Source of the DNA: Thermoplasmata archaeon | Lineage (GTDB): Archaea; Thermoplasmatota; Thermoplasmata; Thermoplasmatales; Thermoplasmataceae | NCBI GenBank assembly: GCA_015520045.1 | Contig: WAQW01000018.1 | Span: forward strand, 16,380-80,379 | DNA: 64,000 nucleotides | Direction of reading: 5' to 3' | Part shown: piece by piece, positions 47,717 through 57,617 of the stretch | How the letters are laid out: the number at the start of each line of letters is the position of its first letter | Numbering within the stretch: the first letter of the stretch is position 1 | The notes under the pieces: model-generated | Told to the model about the DNA's origin: nothing | Seen by the model: only the letters and a program-made list of their open reading frames with translations | Databases searched by the model: none | Made by a program: the position numbers and the translations under genes

Positions 47717-48301
47717 CTAGGGTGGGCTTGCAAGATGTCCGTTGAAAGCGCCGTATCCGATAAACAGAGCAAATATAGTGCCTATCAGGAAGATTATCCA
47801 CATTGCGTAGTAGAAAATCTTTATACCAGATGTTCTGGGTTTGAGATAGAGAACCGGAACCAGAATAGCTCCGATGCCATCAAACAGGTAGAGTCCCATT
47901 GAGGTTACCAGATGCTCGCCAGTTTCCAACTTCAGAGCAACTATGCTGTATGCACCAACGAGCACGTAGATTCCGAGCAAAAGAACTATCAGTGGAATCA
48001 ATCCCAAGTCTCTATCTTTATATATCATCGACCCAGATATTATCAGTATCAAACCGAAAAACAGTAGTGGATCTCCGAAAAGCATATTGTAAGCGTACGC
48101 CCGGGGAGCGTTCATGGGCCAAGCGAATGACATGAAGAATCCGCTTATGAAATTGAATACCCCGATGCCTATGGCCGGCATTGCAAGGTTTTTCACCTGC
48201 TCCTTGTCTCCTCTTGCACTAAAGAAGAAATAGAAGCCACCAAGAAGTGTTCCCATCGCTAAGCCTATAAGCATGATTGCCAGGGGATCTATGAATACTA
48301 T
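47717..48301 (-). CDS. DUF981 family membrane protein
   Basis: WP...AYNMLFGDP motif and several TM helices. The N-terminus VFIDPLAIML extends to an ATA behind GGAGGTGA; the first ATG is at 48274. Confidence 0.8.
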   Translation of the reverse strand: MVFIDPLAIMLIGLAMGTLLGGFYFFFSARGDKEQVKNLAMPAIGIGVFNFISGFFMSFAWPMNAPRAYAYNMLFGDPLLFFGLILIISGSMIYKDRDLGLIPLIVLLLGIYVLVGAYSIVALKLETGEHLVTSMGLYLFDGIGAILVPVLYLKPRTSGIKIFYYAMWIIFLIGTIFALFIGYGAFNGHLASPP

Positions 48302-48599
48302 TTTATCACCTCCATTTATTTAATTCAATAGGATATGAAAGCCTGTACCCTCATGTTTAATGCTTTCATGCATCATACCGATCATGTGAGATAACCGCAT
48401 TGCTATGAAAGAAGTTAAAGACTGGTTATCTGGTTGTTAAAAGATTTCCGATCATAGAATTTAAAGTCTGGATCTTATTGCGTTACTCCAGAATTCTATC
48501 CTGCTATGGAGGAAAAGATCCCAAAGTCATGTGCGGACTATGGCATACAAACGAAATAGAGCGCTCATTTCACAGAAAAGGTGTGTTTGCTGGGAAAAT

Positions 48600-49106
48600 T
48601 CATCCTGCCGTGGTTCGATCATCGGATCCGTGAAGAAAGGCGAGAGCGAAGCTCAGAAACATAAGAGGTAGCATAACAAAGTACTCAAGATCATTCCATA
48701 TGTATCCATAAATTACGAGTGATAGTGATCCGGAATAATACATTGTAAAAGAGTAAACGCAAATAGCATCGAAGACCAGATAGAGAGATGTGGTTGCAAT
48801 GTAGTATCTTTTTCCCACCACAGGCCTGTTTCTTATGATCCTTCCGAGGAGATGCGCTCCTGCAAGCCCCAGAAACAATCCGGATAGATCATCGATCAAT
48901 CCAACAAAATACCAGGAGAATCCTGAAGAGTGGAATGTGACAAACAGCAGCGGTAGGTTGACACTCCTGAAGATGCCATAGTCCTTTACCCACGCCCCCT
49001 GAGCGTTGAGCCAGCCACCGAAGGCAATCATAAGAGGAATTACTACGGGAAAATAACGTGAATTTGATATATTTCTAAAGATCTTTCCGCGGGAAAAACT
49101 CACCAT
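48600..49106 (-). CDS. Hypothetical integral membrane protein
   Basis: 168-aa ORF with about four hydrophobic segments and a TATA-like ATATAAA upstream. Confidence 0.65.
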   Translation of the reverse strand: MVSFSRGKIFRNISNSRYFPVVIPLMIAFGGWLNAQGAWVKDYGIFRSVNLPLLFVTFHSSGFSWYFVGLIDDLSGLFLGLAGAHLLGRIIRNRPVVGKRYYIATTSLYLVFDAICVYSFTMYYSGSLSLVIYGYIWNDLEYFVMLPLMFLSFALAFLHGSDDRTTAG

Positions 49107-49253
49107 CAAAGAGTTTTTTATCCTTTATATTTTTTCTCTCCTGGCTCACGGGACATGGCTCAGGGATCGGTATCTCTACGCTCCAATCAAGCATCCTTAC
49201 ACAGACTGGCTTGAATGAAAATGTAGAATAAGGATGTGAGAATATATGTTTAG

Positions 49254-49703
49254 ATGGAAGCAAAGTCTGTCCTCAATGAACTCATACAAATGGAGAAAAA
49301 TATATCGAAAGAGTACAAGCAAATGGCAGAAAAAACATCCCTTCAGAACATAAAGTTTTTTCTTGAGGCATTTTCAGAAGCACATGAGGGTTTCGCCGAT
49401 AGATTGAGGGAAATACGAGATGGAGTCTCTCCGAGGCTCAGGAAACCTTTCAGCGAGTTACCAGATATAAAGGCAACAGATCATCTTGTTCTGCGAGGAG
49501 ATCCGGATCTCTCAAGCATGTCCAGCACTCTGATGTTTATAGTTAGAAAAGAAAAAGAAACGTTCGCTCACTACTCACGTTCGCGGGAAAGTATCGATGA
49601 CGAAGATCTCAGGCAAAGCTTTGATGAACTTTTATCACAAAGAGAGCAGTTGAAGATAAAGGCAGACAGGCTATACAACGATCTCATACAGTCCTCTTAC
49701 TGA
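49254..49703 (+). CDS. Ferritin/rubrerythrin-like four-helix protein
   Basis: Two repeated helix pairs (ME....Y ... E..Y), with the ExxH ligands only partly retained. Confidence 0.6.
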   Translation: MEAKSVLNELIQMEKNISKEYKQMAEKTSLQNIKFFLEAFSEAHEGFADRLREIRDGVSPRLRKPFSELPDIKATDHLVLRGDPDLSSMSSTLMFIVRKEKETFAHYSRSRESIDDEDLRQSFDELLSQREQLKIKADRLYNDLIQSSY

Positions 49704-49718
49704 AAGGTGGTGCCTACC

Positions 49719-50516
49719 GTGTCGAGAATAATCGTAGCCAGCCTTCAAGATCCGGCCAGTGTTTCCATAGCCAGCTATCTGATTGAGCACTATTCCTTCA
49801 GAAAAATCAATGATGAGAATAACATCTACAGACATGATAATTTCATTCTGATCTTCACAGAAAAGAAACATCTGTTCTTCCAGGAGATCCAGGAAGAATA
49901 CAGGAAATTCACCAACCATCTCGAAGATATCGTGTTCTTATCGAAACACTCCTCTTCAAGGGGAATAAAATCGCTAACGGTGCATGTTACCGGTAACTTC
50001 GGATTGGCGGAAATGGGTGGTCTGGATCGCCAGCTATCACTGAGCGATCCGCAATACATGTCTTCTTCGCTCAGGATCCTCTCTTCCCACCCTGTGGATG
50101 ATTTCTCCATAACCTTCGAGGCAACTCACCATGGTCCACTTTTGAACGTACCCAGCTACTTCATAGAGATCGGGACCACGGAGAAAGAGTGGAACAACGA
50201 GGATTGCCTCAACTCCATTTCAAAGGCCGTGATTGAATCGATTCCCAACGGATCTCAACAGGCATTCGTGGGTATTGGTGGTGGACACTATCCCTACAAG
50301 ATAAGCAATTACGCCATTCAAAACGATTGCAACGTGGGCCACATAATACCAAAGTATGTCCATGATGACCTAACCATCGATATGCTTCTGCAGAGCGTTG
50401 AAAAAACGCCTGGGTTTTCGGGCTTCATAATGGATCGAAAAGGTACCAGGGGAAGGGTGAAGGAGATGGTGAGGAGCGTATCCGAAAAATTATCCTGTGA
50501 AATCATCTCTCTGTAA
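49719..50516 (+). CDS. dtdA: D-aminoacyl-tRNA deacylase (archaeal DTD2)
   Basis: S..DPAS, FLSKHSS, LTVH.TGN, EATHHGP, FIEIG and GGGHY. Confidence 0.93.
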   Translation: MSRIIVASLQDPASVSIASYLIEHYSFRKINDENNIYRHDNFILIFTEKKHLFFQEIQEEYRKFTNHLEDIVFLSKHSSSRGIKSLTVHVTGNFGLAEMGGLDRQLSLSDPQYMSSSLRILSSHPVDDFSITFEATHHGPLLNVPSYFIEIGTTEKEWNNEDCLNSISKAVIESIPNGSQQAFVGIGGGHYPYKISNYAIQNDCNVGHIIPKYVHDDLTIDMLLQSVEKTPGFSGFIMDRKGTRGRVKEMVRSVSEKLSCEIISL

Positions 50517-50594
50517 TATTTGAATTCCGATCCCTTTCTTGCCGGACATCTCCACTTTTCTCCTGAACCCTCTATCAGTTTCGAACAAACCAAT

Positions 50595-51104
50595 TCAATA
50601 GAATAGTTTTATTTTTTCCGTAATACAATCCTGATCATAACAACTGGAATATTCACAAAGGGGTTCTCTGTTAACCGTTATAAAATTTATGCCCCAGCTA
50701 AATTTTCCAAGGATGAGTTCAGAGAGATCCTTAAAACCAGTGAGGTAGAGAGCCGCCGCAACAGCTTCAACGGAGCTGAGAAGACCTACCTTTCCATAGT
50801 TAACAGGATTGACCGGTACAAGAGGGGGGAGTTTACGAGCATTGCCTGACATTATCTTTTTCAGGGAATCCGCCCTGTTCCAGGAGCCCTCTATGACCGT
50901 AAGCCCCCCTCCTGTGATGATTTTTGAGTCTCTGGCTGTCACATAAATATCTGCGAAAGGGTTGAGCAGCAGTCCCCTCTGAATCCTGGAACGAGGAACT
51001 TTCTCAGCAAGATTGAACCTCTTAAGCCTCTTCATTGTGGCTTTTTTCGGATCATCCTGCTTCAGGTCTATAAAGTATATCCCGATTCTCCCCTTACCTT
51101 CCAT
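50595..51104 (-). CDS. tsr3: 16S rRNA aminocarboxypropyltransferase Tsr3 (DUF367)
   Basis: QDDPKK.T, SW, R.LP.L.P.NPVNYG...LSSVEA.AAALY and F.WG..F...N. Confidence 0.93.
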   Translation of the reverse strand: MEGKGRIGIYFIDLKQDDPKKATMKRLKRFNLAEKVPRSRIQRGLLLNPFADIYVTARDSKIITGGGLTVIEGSWNRADSLKKIMSGNARKLPPLVPVNPVNYGKVGLLSSVEAVAAALYLTGFKDLSELILGKFSWGINFITVNREPLCEYSSCYDQDCITEKIKLFY

Positions 51105-51148
51105 TTTCTCACTCGTAAATTTAATTAATGGATTATAGCTTATCCATA

Positions 51149-52753
51149 ATGCATTATCTGTTCATAGCAGGCGGAGTTATGTCTGGTCTCGGCAAGGGGA
51201 CCATTACCTCGGCTTTATCTCATTTGCTGAAAAACAGTGGGCTGAAGGTTTCCGCGTTAAAGATTGATCCCTACCTCAATTACGATGCGGGAACAATGAA
51301 TCCCTATCAGCACGGTGAAGTGTTTGTCCTCGATGATGGCAGTGAGGTTGATCTGGATCTTGGAAACTATGAGAGATTCCTTGATACCGATCTTGTGGGT
51401 GACAACAACATTACAACAGGGAAAGTGTACAGAGAGGTCATCGAGAGGGAGAGAAGGGGAGAGTATCTTGGAAGCACCGTGCAGATTATCCCACACATAA
51501 CTGACGAGATAAAAAACAGGATAAGAAAGGTGGCTGAATCTAGCGATCTCGATATTCTCCTTGTTGAAGTTGGCGGTACGGTTGGAGATATAGAATCGAT
51601 GCCCTTTCTTGAAGCTATCAGAGAGCTGAAGGGCGAAGAACCTCCTGGTTCTGTCCTGACCGCTCTTGTGACCCTGATTCCAGAGATTGGGCAGAACGGT
51701 GAGCAGAAAACGAAACCGACCCAGCACAGCGTCAATACGCTGAGGAGCCTCGGTATCCAGCCGGATATCATATTCTGCAGATTGAAGGGACAGCTCCTCA
51801 ATTCAACGCGCAAAAAGATATCACGATTCACAGATGTGAGGGAAGATGGAATAATAGGGATCCGTGATATGAAGAATGTCTACGGCCTACCAAAGGTCAT
51901 GAATGATCAGAAAATCACCCAGTATCTCACCGGGTTGATGCATTTACAAACAGATCCTTTCAGAGATATACTCCAGCAATTCAATGCAAACATAGAGAAC
52001 CCGAGAGAACACGTTAGAATAGCCCTCGTTGGAAAATACACCGCACTGCAGGACGCATACATCAGCCATCGCGAGGCTTTTCTCCATGTAACAGGAAATA
52101 CCGGCATCGGTGTGTCCATAGAATGGATCGATGCTGACGAGATGATAGAACGGCCCGAGGCATTCAACAAGGTTCACGGTGTTATCATCCCTGGCGGATT
52201 CGGCTACAGGGGCGTGGAGGGCAAAATTGCAGCCATAAAGTATGCCCGGGAGAATAATATTCCTCTGGCAGGCATATGCCTTGGATTCCAGGCTGCCACC
52301 ATTGAATTCGCGAGAAATGTTCTCGGTCTTAAGGGTGCCAACAGTAGTGAATTCGACACAAACACCCCACATCCGGTCATAGATCTCCTGCCGGAGCAGA
52401 TGCACGTAACGGATCTTGGAGGAACCATGAGGCTTGGTTCCAAGAAGATCCTGATAAAAAAGGGAACGCTGGCGTATCACGTTTACGGAAAATCAGTTAT
52501 AGAAGAAAGGCATCGCCACAGGTATGAGGTAAATCCTGATTACATAGAGAAGTTCTCCAAGGCAGGATATATATTTTCTGGCACCGATCAGGAGGGAATC
52601 AGGATGGAGATATCCGAGCTGCGGGGTAGAGACAATTTTCTGGCAACGCAGTACCATAGTGAATTCAGATCAAGACCTCTCAGACCTTCTCCCATTCACC
52701 TGTTCTTGGTAAAGAAAGCGCTGGAGTACAAGATGAAGAGGGAAAGATCATGA
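51149..52753 (+). CDS. pyrG: CTP synthase
   Basis: [37 protein letters not shown] and [10 protein letters not shown]. Confidence 0.98.
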   Translation: MHYLFIAGGVMSGLGKGTITSALSHLLKNSGLKVSALKIDPYLNYDAGTMNPYQHGEVFVLDDGSEVDLDLGNYERFLDTDLVGDNNITTGKVYREVIERERRGEYLGSTVQIIPHITDEIKNRIRKVAESSDLDILLVEVGGTVGDIESMPFLEAIRELKGEEPPGSVLTALVTLIPEIGQNGEQKTKPTQHSVNTLRSLGIQPDIIFCRLKGQLLNSTRKKISRFTDVREDGIIGIRDMKNVYGLPKVMNDQKITQYLTGLMHLQTDPFRDILQQFNANIENPREHVRIALVGKYTALQDAYISHREAFLHVTGNTGIGVSIEWIDADEMIERPEAFNKVHGVIIPGGFGYRGVEGKIAAIKYARENNIPLAGICLGFQAATIEFARNVLGLKGANSSEFDTNTPHPVIDLLPEQMHVTDLGGTMRLGSKKILIKKGTLAYHVYGKSVIEERHRHRYEVNPDYIEKFSKAGYIFSGTDQEGIRMEISELRGRDNFLATQYHSEFRSRPLRPSPIHLFLVKKALEYKMKRERS

Positions 52754-53079
52754 AGGAAATACTGGAAGAGCTTAGAAAGAAGGTTAATGAAAGGGTCAGC
52801 ACCAATGAGAAATACAGGAAGAAACTGGAGAAAGCCCAGAAATCATTCTGCATCGTTTTCGATGGTTCAGCTTCCTACAACTTCTCTCTCAGAGATGGAA
52901 AATTTTCTGAGATAAGAGAGGGTGAGACTGAAGCCGACATAAGGATTGAGGTATCATCAGAGGACTTCAGAAAGCTTCTCTCCAGAGAGCTGGATCCGAT
53001 GACAGCCTACATAGAGAAGAAAATAAAGGTTAGGGCTTCGTTGATGGACAAACTCCTGTTAACCGAGTTATTCAAATGA
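52750..53079 (+). CDS. SCP2 sterol/lipid-binding domain protein
   Basis: AD..I......F..LL...LDP..AY...KIKV; ATGA overlaps on both sides. Confidence 0.82.
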   Translation: MKEILEELRKKVNERVSTNEKYRKKLEKAQKSFCIVFDGSASYNFSLRDGKFSEIREGETEADIRIEVSSEDFRKLLSRELDPMTAYIEKKIKVRASLMDKLLLTELFK

Positions 53080-56000
53080 ATCCAGATGAGCAGTTGCAGG
53101 AATATAGGGAGAACCTTCGAAGACACGTGAAGGACATTTACGGTCTGGCTGAGAAGATCAGAAAACTGAAACAGGATGTTACAGACAGAGTGGAGATTCC
53201 ACTGGCCTCCGATATGGCTGAGCGTGTGGAGGAACTCATCCAGATCAAGGGAATAGCCGATGATATCAGAAAACTCTCCGCCCATAAATCCAGAGAGGAA
53301 GTTGCAATCCACGTTGCGAGAAAAACCGCAGAGCTGGTACGTGACAGAGGCAAAAAGGAGGCGCTGAGCAAATCCGTAAGGGTCGGTCTCGCCATTCTCA
53401 CAGAAGGGATCCTTGTCGCACCCCTCGAAGGTATTGCAGATGTTGATATTCGAAAAAACAGAGATGGTAGTGAGTATGCTTCCATCGTATACTCTGGTCC
53501 CATCCGAGGTGCCGGTGGCACTGCCCAGGCACTAAGCGTTCTGATTGCGGACATAGTGAGAAGAGATCTCGGAATAGGGTCATTCAGGGCCAGAGATGAT
53601 GAGGTGGATAGATACATAGAGGAGATTGAGGCATACAACCGGGTGAAGCACCTTCAGTATCTTCCCACTCCGGATGAGATCGCCCTTGTGGTCCGCAATT
53701 CACCAATTCTCATTGATGGCGAGGGGAGTGAGGAGGTGGAGGTGTCCGGGCACCGTGATATGGAGAGGATAACCACCAACCGGATAAGAGGGGGGATGTG
53801 TCTCGTTCTCTGCGAAGGGTTGATTCAGAAATCCCGTAAGATCCTCAAGTACACCTCCGTCTTTGGAGTGAAAGACTGGAATTTCCTGGAAAAGATTCAG
53901 GGAAAAAAGACCGATGAACACAGTGATCAGGGCAAATCAGAAAAGTTTCTCAAGGATATCATCGCAGGAAGACCCATTTTCAGCCATCCGGGCAGGCCAG
54001 GTGGTTTCAGGCTCAGATACGGTAGGAGTAGGGTATCGGGTCTTGCAGCTGCGTCCGTTCATCCTGCAACAATGTACATCCTTGATAGATTCCCTGCGAT
54101 TGGTTCTCAGCTCAAGGTTGAACTGCCCGGAAAGGCTGCAGCTCTCACCCCTTGCGATGAGATTGAGGGGCCGATGGTACTCCTTGATGATGATACGCAC
54201 ATCAGAATCAACACCGTCGAGGAGGCAAAGGCTGTCCAATCGCGCATAAAGGAGATTACCGACATCGGAGAGATTCTCATTTCATACGGTGATTTTCTGG
54301 AAAACAACCACAGACTGGAAAAACCATCCTTCTCAAGGGAGTGGTGGGATGCCATTGCAGAGAAAACGCCCGAAACGAAGATGTATGCTGGCACTGTTCC
54401 CTCAGAAGAGGAGGCCATTCAACTTTCCAGGAAGTACGGAATTCCGCTTCATCCTGAGTACAATCTCTTCTGGCATGATATATCACGTGACGAATTTTTC
54501 ACACTCAGGAATGCTCTCTCTGCCTCCCCACTTCACGACGGCTCTCTGAGAATTCAAAACGACGATAGAACCAAAAACATTCTCATCAAGCTCGGCGTTG
54601 AGTTTACCGTCAACGATGATTCCATAATACCAAAAAAATCCAGAGTTCTTCTTGCGTGCGCCGGTCTAGATCAGCAAAAGAACCTGCTTCCGGCTGAGAA
54701 ATCAAACGGCGGAGATGTTGTTGATCTGGTGAGGGAAATATCTGGTATGGTCATTAAGGCAAAGTCTCCCACGAGAATTGGCGCCAGAATGGGAAGACCG
54801 GAGAAGGCGGGAGAGAGGAAGATGAGGCCAAAGGTCCACGTTCTCTTTCCACTGGAAAACTACGGGAGTGTTAGGCGATCATTCAAAAATGCCAGGAAAA
54901 CCGTAGGTGGGAAAATAGAGGTGGAGATCGCCCAACGCAAGTGTGAATCGTGTGGTGCGGTAACTGTCCAACCACTATGCCATCTCTGTGGTGGTGTAAC
55001 CCGAGATATGAATCACACTGATAGAATTACTCTCAATATAGATAATCTCCTCCGTCAGGCAGAAGAGAGAATAGGCATCAGCTTGAGCAGCTTGAAGGAA
55101 GAGATGAAGGGCGTGAAGAAGCTCATGTCCAGCCGAAAGGTGTGCGAGCCCGTTGAGAAAGGCATCCTCAGGGCAAAGCACGATGTCACCATCAACAAGG
55201 ATGGGACCTGCAGGTTTGATATGACAGACATACCCATAACACATTTTAGAGCGGAAGAAATAGGAGCTCGTCCCGAGATCCTTGAATCCCTTGGTTATCA
55301 CGAAGGTCTGAACGAGATCTTTCCACAGGATATCATAATACCAAGGAAAGCTGCAGAATTCCTGCTTCGTGTTTCACAGTATATTGATGATCTCCTGGTC
55401 AAGTACTACCACGTGGAGCCATTCTACAACTGCTCAGAACCAGAAGATCTAATAGGTCATCTCGTTATAGGTTTAGCTCCTCATACGTCCGGAGGAATCA
55501 TAGGAAGAATCGTTGGATTCACCGATGCCAATGGATGCTACGCCCATCCACTATTCCACGCAGCAAAAAGGAGGAACTGCGACGGTGATGAGGATAGTGT
55601 AATGCTTCTCCTTGATGGACTGATAAATTTCTCCCGCGAGTATCTGCCCTCAACAAGGGGTGGAATGATGGATGCTCCTCTGGTTCTCACGACCCTTCTA
55701 AATCCTGATGAGGTGGACAAGGAAGCGATGAATGTTGACACCCTGAGCAGATATCCACTTGAGTTTTATAATGCAGCAGAGAAAAACGTCCTGCCCTCCA
55801 CCATAGAAGATATTATGATGCCACTGAAGAAGCACATAACAAAAACTGGAACCCTCATGAAGCTGGGTTACACTCACGACACAAGCAACATTAATGCCGG
55901 TGTTCTCATCTCATCCTACAAAACCATAGGAAGCATGGAGGAAAAAATCGAGCGTCAGCTCTCTCTCGCCAAGAGGATCGCCGCTGTGGATGCTGACGAT

Positions 56001-56384
56001 GTGGCAACAAGAGTGCTCAACAGCCACTTTCTTCCGGACATCTATGGAAACTTCAGAAAGTTTTTCTCCCAGGAGTTCAGATGCATAGAGTGCAACACAA
56101 AGTTCAGGAGGATTCCTTTGAGTGGAAGATGCACAAAATGCGGAAGCGATCGTATCAAACTCACCATCTATCCGAGGAGCATTGTGAAATATCTTAAGGA
56201 GACCATATATGTATCTGAGAATTTCAGGCTTCCTGAGTATCTCCAGAAAAGAATTGAACTGCTGATTGATACTATCAATTCAACCTTTCCAGAACAGAGT
56301 TCAGATGAGGACGAGGAGAAACCTGATCTCTATGCTGAACCAGAAAATGGGCATAATGAGGATCTCTTTGCGTTTGAGGGATGA
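53076..56384 (+). CDS. polC: DNA polymerase D large subunit (DP2)
   Basis: LAILTEG.L.APLEG, GPIR.AGGT, GGFRLRYGR, GLAPHTS and HAAKRRNCDGDED; C-terminal Zn finger; no intein. Confidence 0.98.
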   Translation: MNPDEQLQEYRENLRRHVKDIYGLAEKIRKLKQDVTDRVEIPLASDMAERVEELIQIKGIADDIRKLSAHKSREEVAIHVARKTAELVRDRGKKEALSKSVRVGLAILTEGILVAPLEGIADVDIRKNRDGSEYASIVYSGPIRGAGGTAQALSVLIADIVRRDLGIGSFRARDDEVDRYIEEIEAYNRVKHLQYLPTPDEIALVVRNSPILIDGEGSEEVEVSGHRDMERITTNRIRGGMCLVLCEGLIQKSRKILKYTSVFGVKDWNFLEKIQGKKTDEHSDQGKSEKFLKDIIAGRPIFSHPGRPGGFRLRYGRSRVSGLAAASVHPATMYILDRFPAIGSQLKVELPGKAAALTPCDEIEGPMVLLDDDTHIRINTVEEAKAVQSRIKEITDIGEILISYGDFLENNHRLEKPSFSREWWDAIAEKTPETKMYAGTVPSEEEAIQLSRKYGIPLHPEYNLFWHDISRDEFFTLRNALSASPLHDGSLRIQNDDRTKNILIKLGVEFTVNDDSIIPKKSRVLLACAGLDQQKNLLPAEKSNGGDVVDLVREISGMVIKAKSPTRIGARMGRPEKAGERKMRPKVHVLFPLENYGSVRRSFKNARKTVGGKIEVEIAQRKCESCGAVTVQPLCHLCGGVTRDMNHTDRITLNIDNLLRQAEERIGISLSSLKEEMKGVKKLMSSRKVCEPVEKGILRAKHDVTINKDGTCRFDMTDIPITHFRAEEIGARPEILESLGYHEGLNEIFPQDIIIPRKAAEFLLRVSQYIDDLLVKYYHVEPFYNCSEPEDLIGHLVIGLAPHTSGGIIGRIVGFTDANGCYAHPLFHAAKRRNCDGDEDSVMLLLDGLINFSREYLPSTRGGMMDAPLVLTTLLNPDEVDKEAMNVDTLSRYPLEFYNAAEKNVLPSTIEDIMMPLKKHITKTGTLMKLGYTHDTSNINAGVLISSYKTIGSMEEKIERQLSLAKRIAAVDADDVATRVLNSHFLPDIYGNFRKFFSQEFRCIECNTKFRRIPLSGRCTKCGSDRIKLTIYPRSIVKYLKETIYVSENFRLPEYLQKRIELLIDTINSTFPEQSSDEDEEKPDLYAEPENGHNEDLFAFEG

Positions 56385-57166
56385 AGATGATTGGTTCATT
56401 GTTTGTTACCGGCCCTGCAGGTACGGGAAAAAGCACGTTCTGCGCCTCCTTTAAGGACTGGCTGCAGGAGCAGGGATTTGATGCGGGAGTGGTTAACCTC
56501 GATCCGGGGGCGGAGATGATCCCCTACGAGGCAGAGATCGATATCCGGGATTACATCTCCATAACGGAAATAATGGAGCAATACTCTCTGGGACCTAATG
56601 GCGCACAGGTAGTTGCTGCCGATCTTATCCTGGAGCGGCTTGATGAGATAAAAGAATCACTCGAGGAACTTCAGGACTACTATGTCATTTTCGATACTCC
56701 GGGCCAGGTGGAGCTGTTCAGTTTCAGGCCCGGCAGCAAGATCCTGGTCGATCAGATCTCTGATGGTAGGGCAATGCTGATCTTTCTTGCTGATGCCGTT
56801 CTTGCAAAGTCTCCGTCGGGATACATATCTCAGAAGATGCTGTACGGGTCTGTCATGGCACGGTTCTTCTATCCAATGTTGTTTGCCATCAACAAGATCG
56901 ATCTTCTCGATGATGATGCACTGGAATCAATCAGAAAATGGGAATCGGATCCTGAAATTCTGGAGGATGCGTTCCTCAGGGAATCGAACAGGATCCTGAA
57001 GGATTATTATTACGCGATTCTCAAGGCTTTTCGAGAAATTTCACTCTCCACAAGGCTTTACAATTTATCTGCACGCGAAATGTATGGCTTTGAGGATGTT
57101 TATGCGCAGATGTCCCTCTTTTTCACGGGAGGGGAGGATACCGACACACTCTACCGGGATGATTGA
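56381..57166 (+). CDS. GPN-loop GTPase
   Basis: GPAGTGKST, VNLDPG, LGPNG, DTPGQ.E.F and NKID. Confidence 0.95.
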   Translation: MKMIGSLFVTGPAGTGKSTFCASFKDWLQEQGFDAGVVNLDPGAEMIPYEAEIDIRDYISITEIMEQYSLGPNGAQVVAADLILERLDEIKESLEELQDYYVIFDTPGQVELFSFRPGSKILVDQISDGRAMLIFLADAVLAKSPSGYISQKMLYGSVMARFFYPMLFAINKIDLLDDDALESIRKWESDPEILEDAFLRESNRILKDYYYAILKAFREISLSTRLYNLSAREMYGFEDVYAQMSLFFTGGEDTDTLYRDD

Positions 57167-57232
57167 AATACCGTACAGATTTCTGAATTGTGGGACATAG
57201 AATTATTTATATTCAGTTGTGATGTAAACAGG

Positions 57233-57433
57233 ATGGCCGAAAAGCGTCATTGCCTTATATGTGGAGAACCAATATATTCCGGCACCTACTGTGTCGATTG
57301 CCTCACAGAGATCAGAAGAGTCAGGACCGCCGATGATGAATCATTCGAGGAGTGGCTCCAGCACAAACGAAGTTTGAGGTCAGCATCAATTACAAATTTA
57401 GATGGATGCAAAACCCTTGACAGCTTTTTCTGA
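57233..57433 (+). CDS. Zn-finger microprotein (CxxC-X9-CxxC) with PIP-like C-terminus
   Basis: MAEKRHCLICGEPIYSGTYCVDC...KTLDSFF; TTTATA at 57206-57211 is about 22 nt before the ATG (leaderless). Confidence 0.75.
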   Translation: MAEKRHCLICGEPIYSGTYCVDCLTEIRRVRTADDESFEEWLQHKRSLRSASITNLDGCKTLDSFF

Positions 57434-57617
57434 TTCACCGTTATAGTAAATGAGAAGAGTACCATAACTCCATGGTGGAGCATAAGGTCGCCAATAAATG
57501 ATCTCTGCCACTTGAAATTTATCAGTCTCTGGATGCTTTCGCCTGAAGATCCTTCTACCGGGTTAAAGGTTATCAGGTTACGGTTATTAACTTTCCTGCA
57601 ATAAGGGTAGGATAGCT

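Noticed and set aside
53076..56384. Possible intein in DP2
   Set aside because: The KRRNCDGDED motif is uninterrupted and the length fits an intein-free protein.
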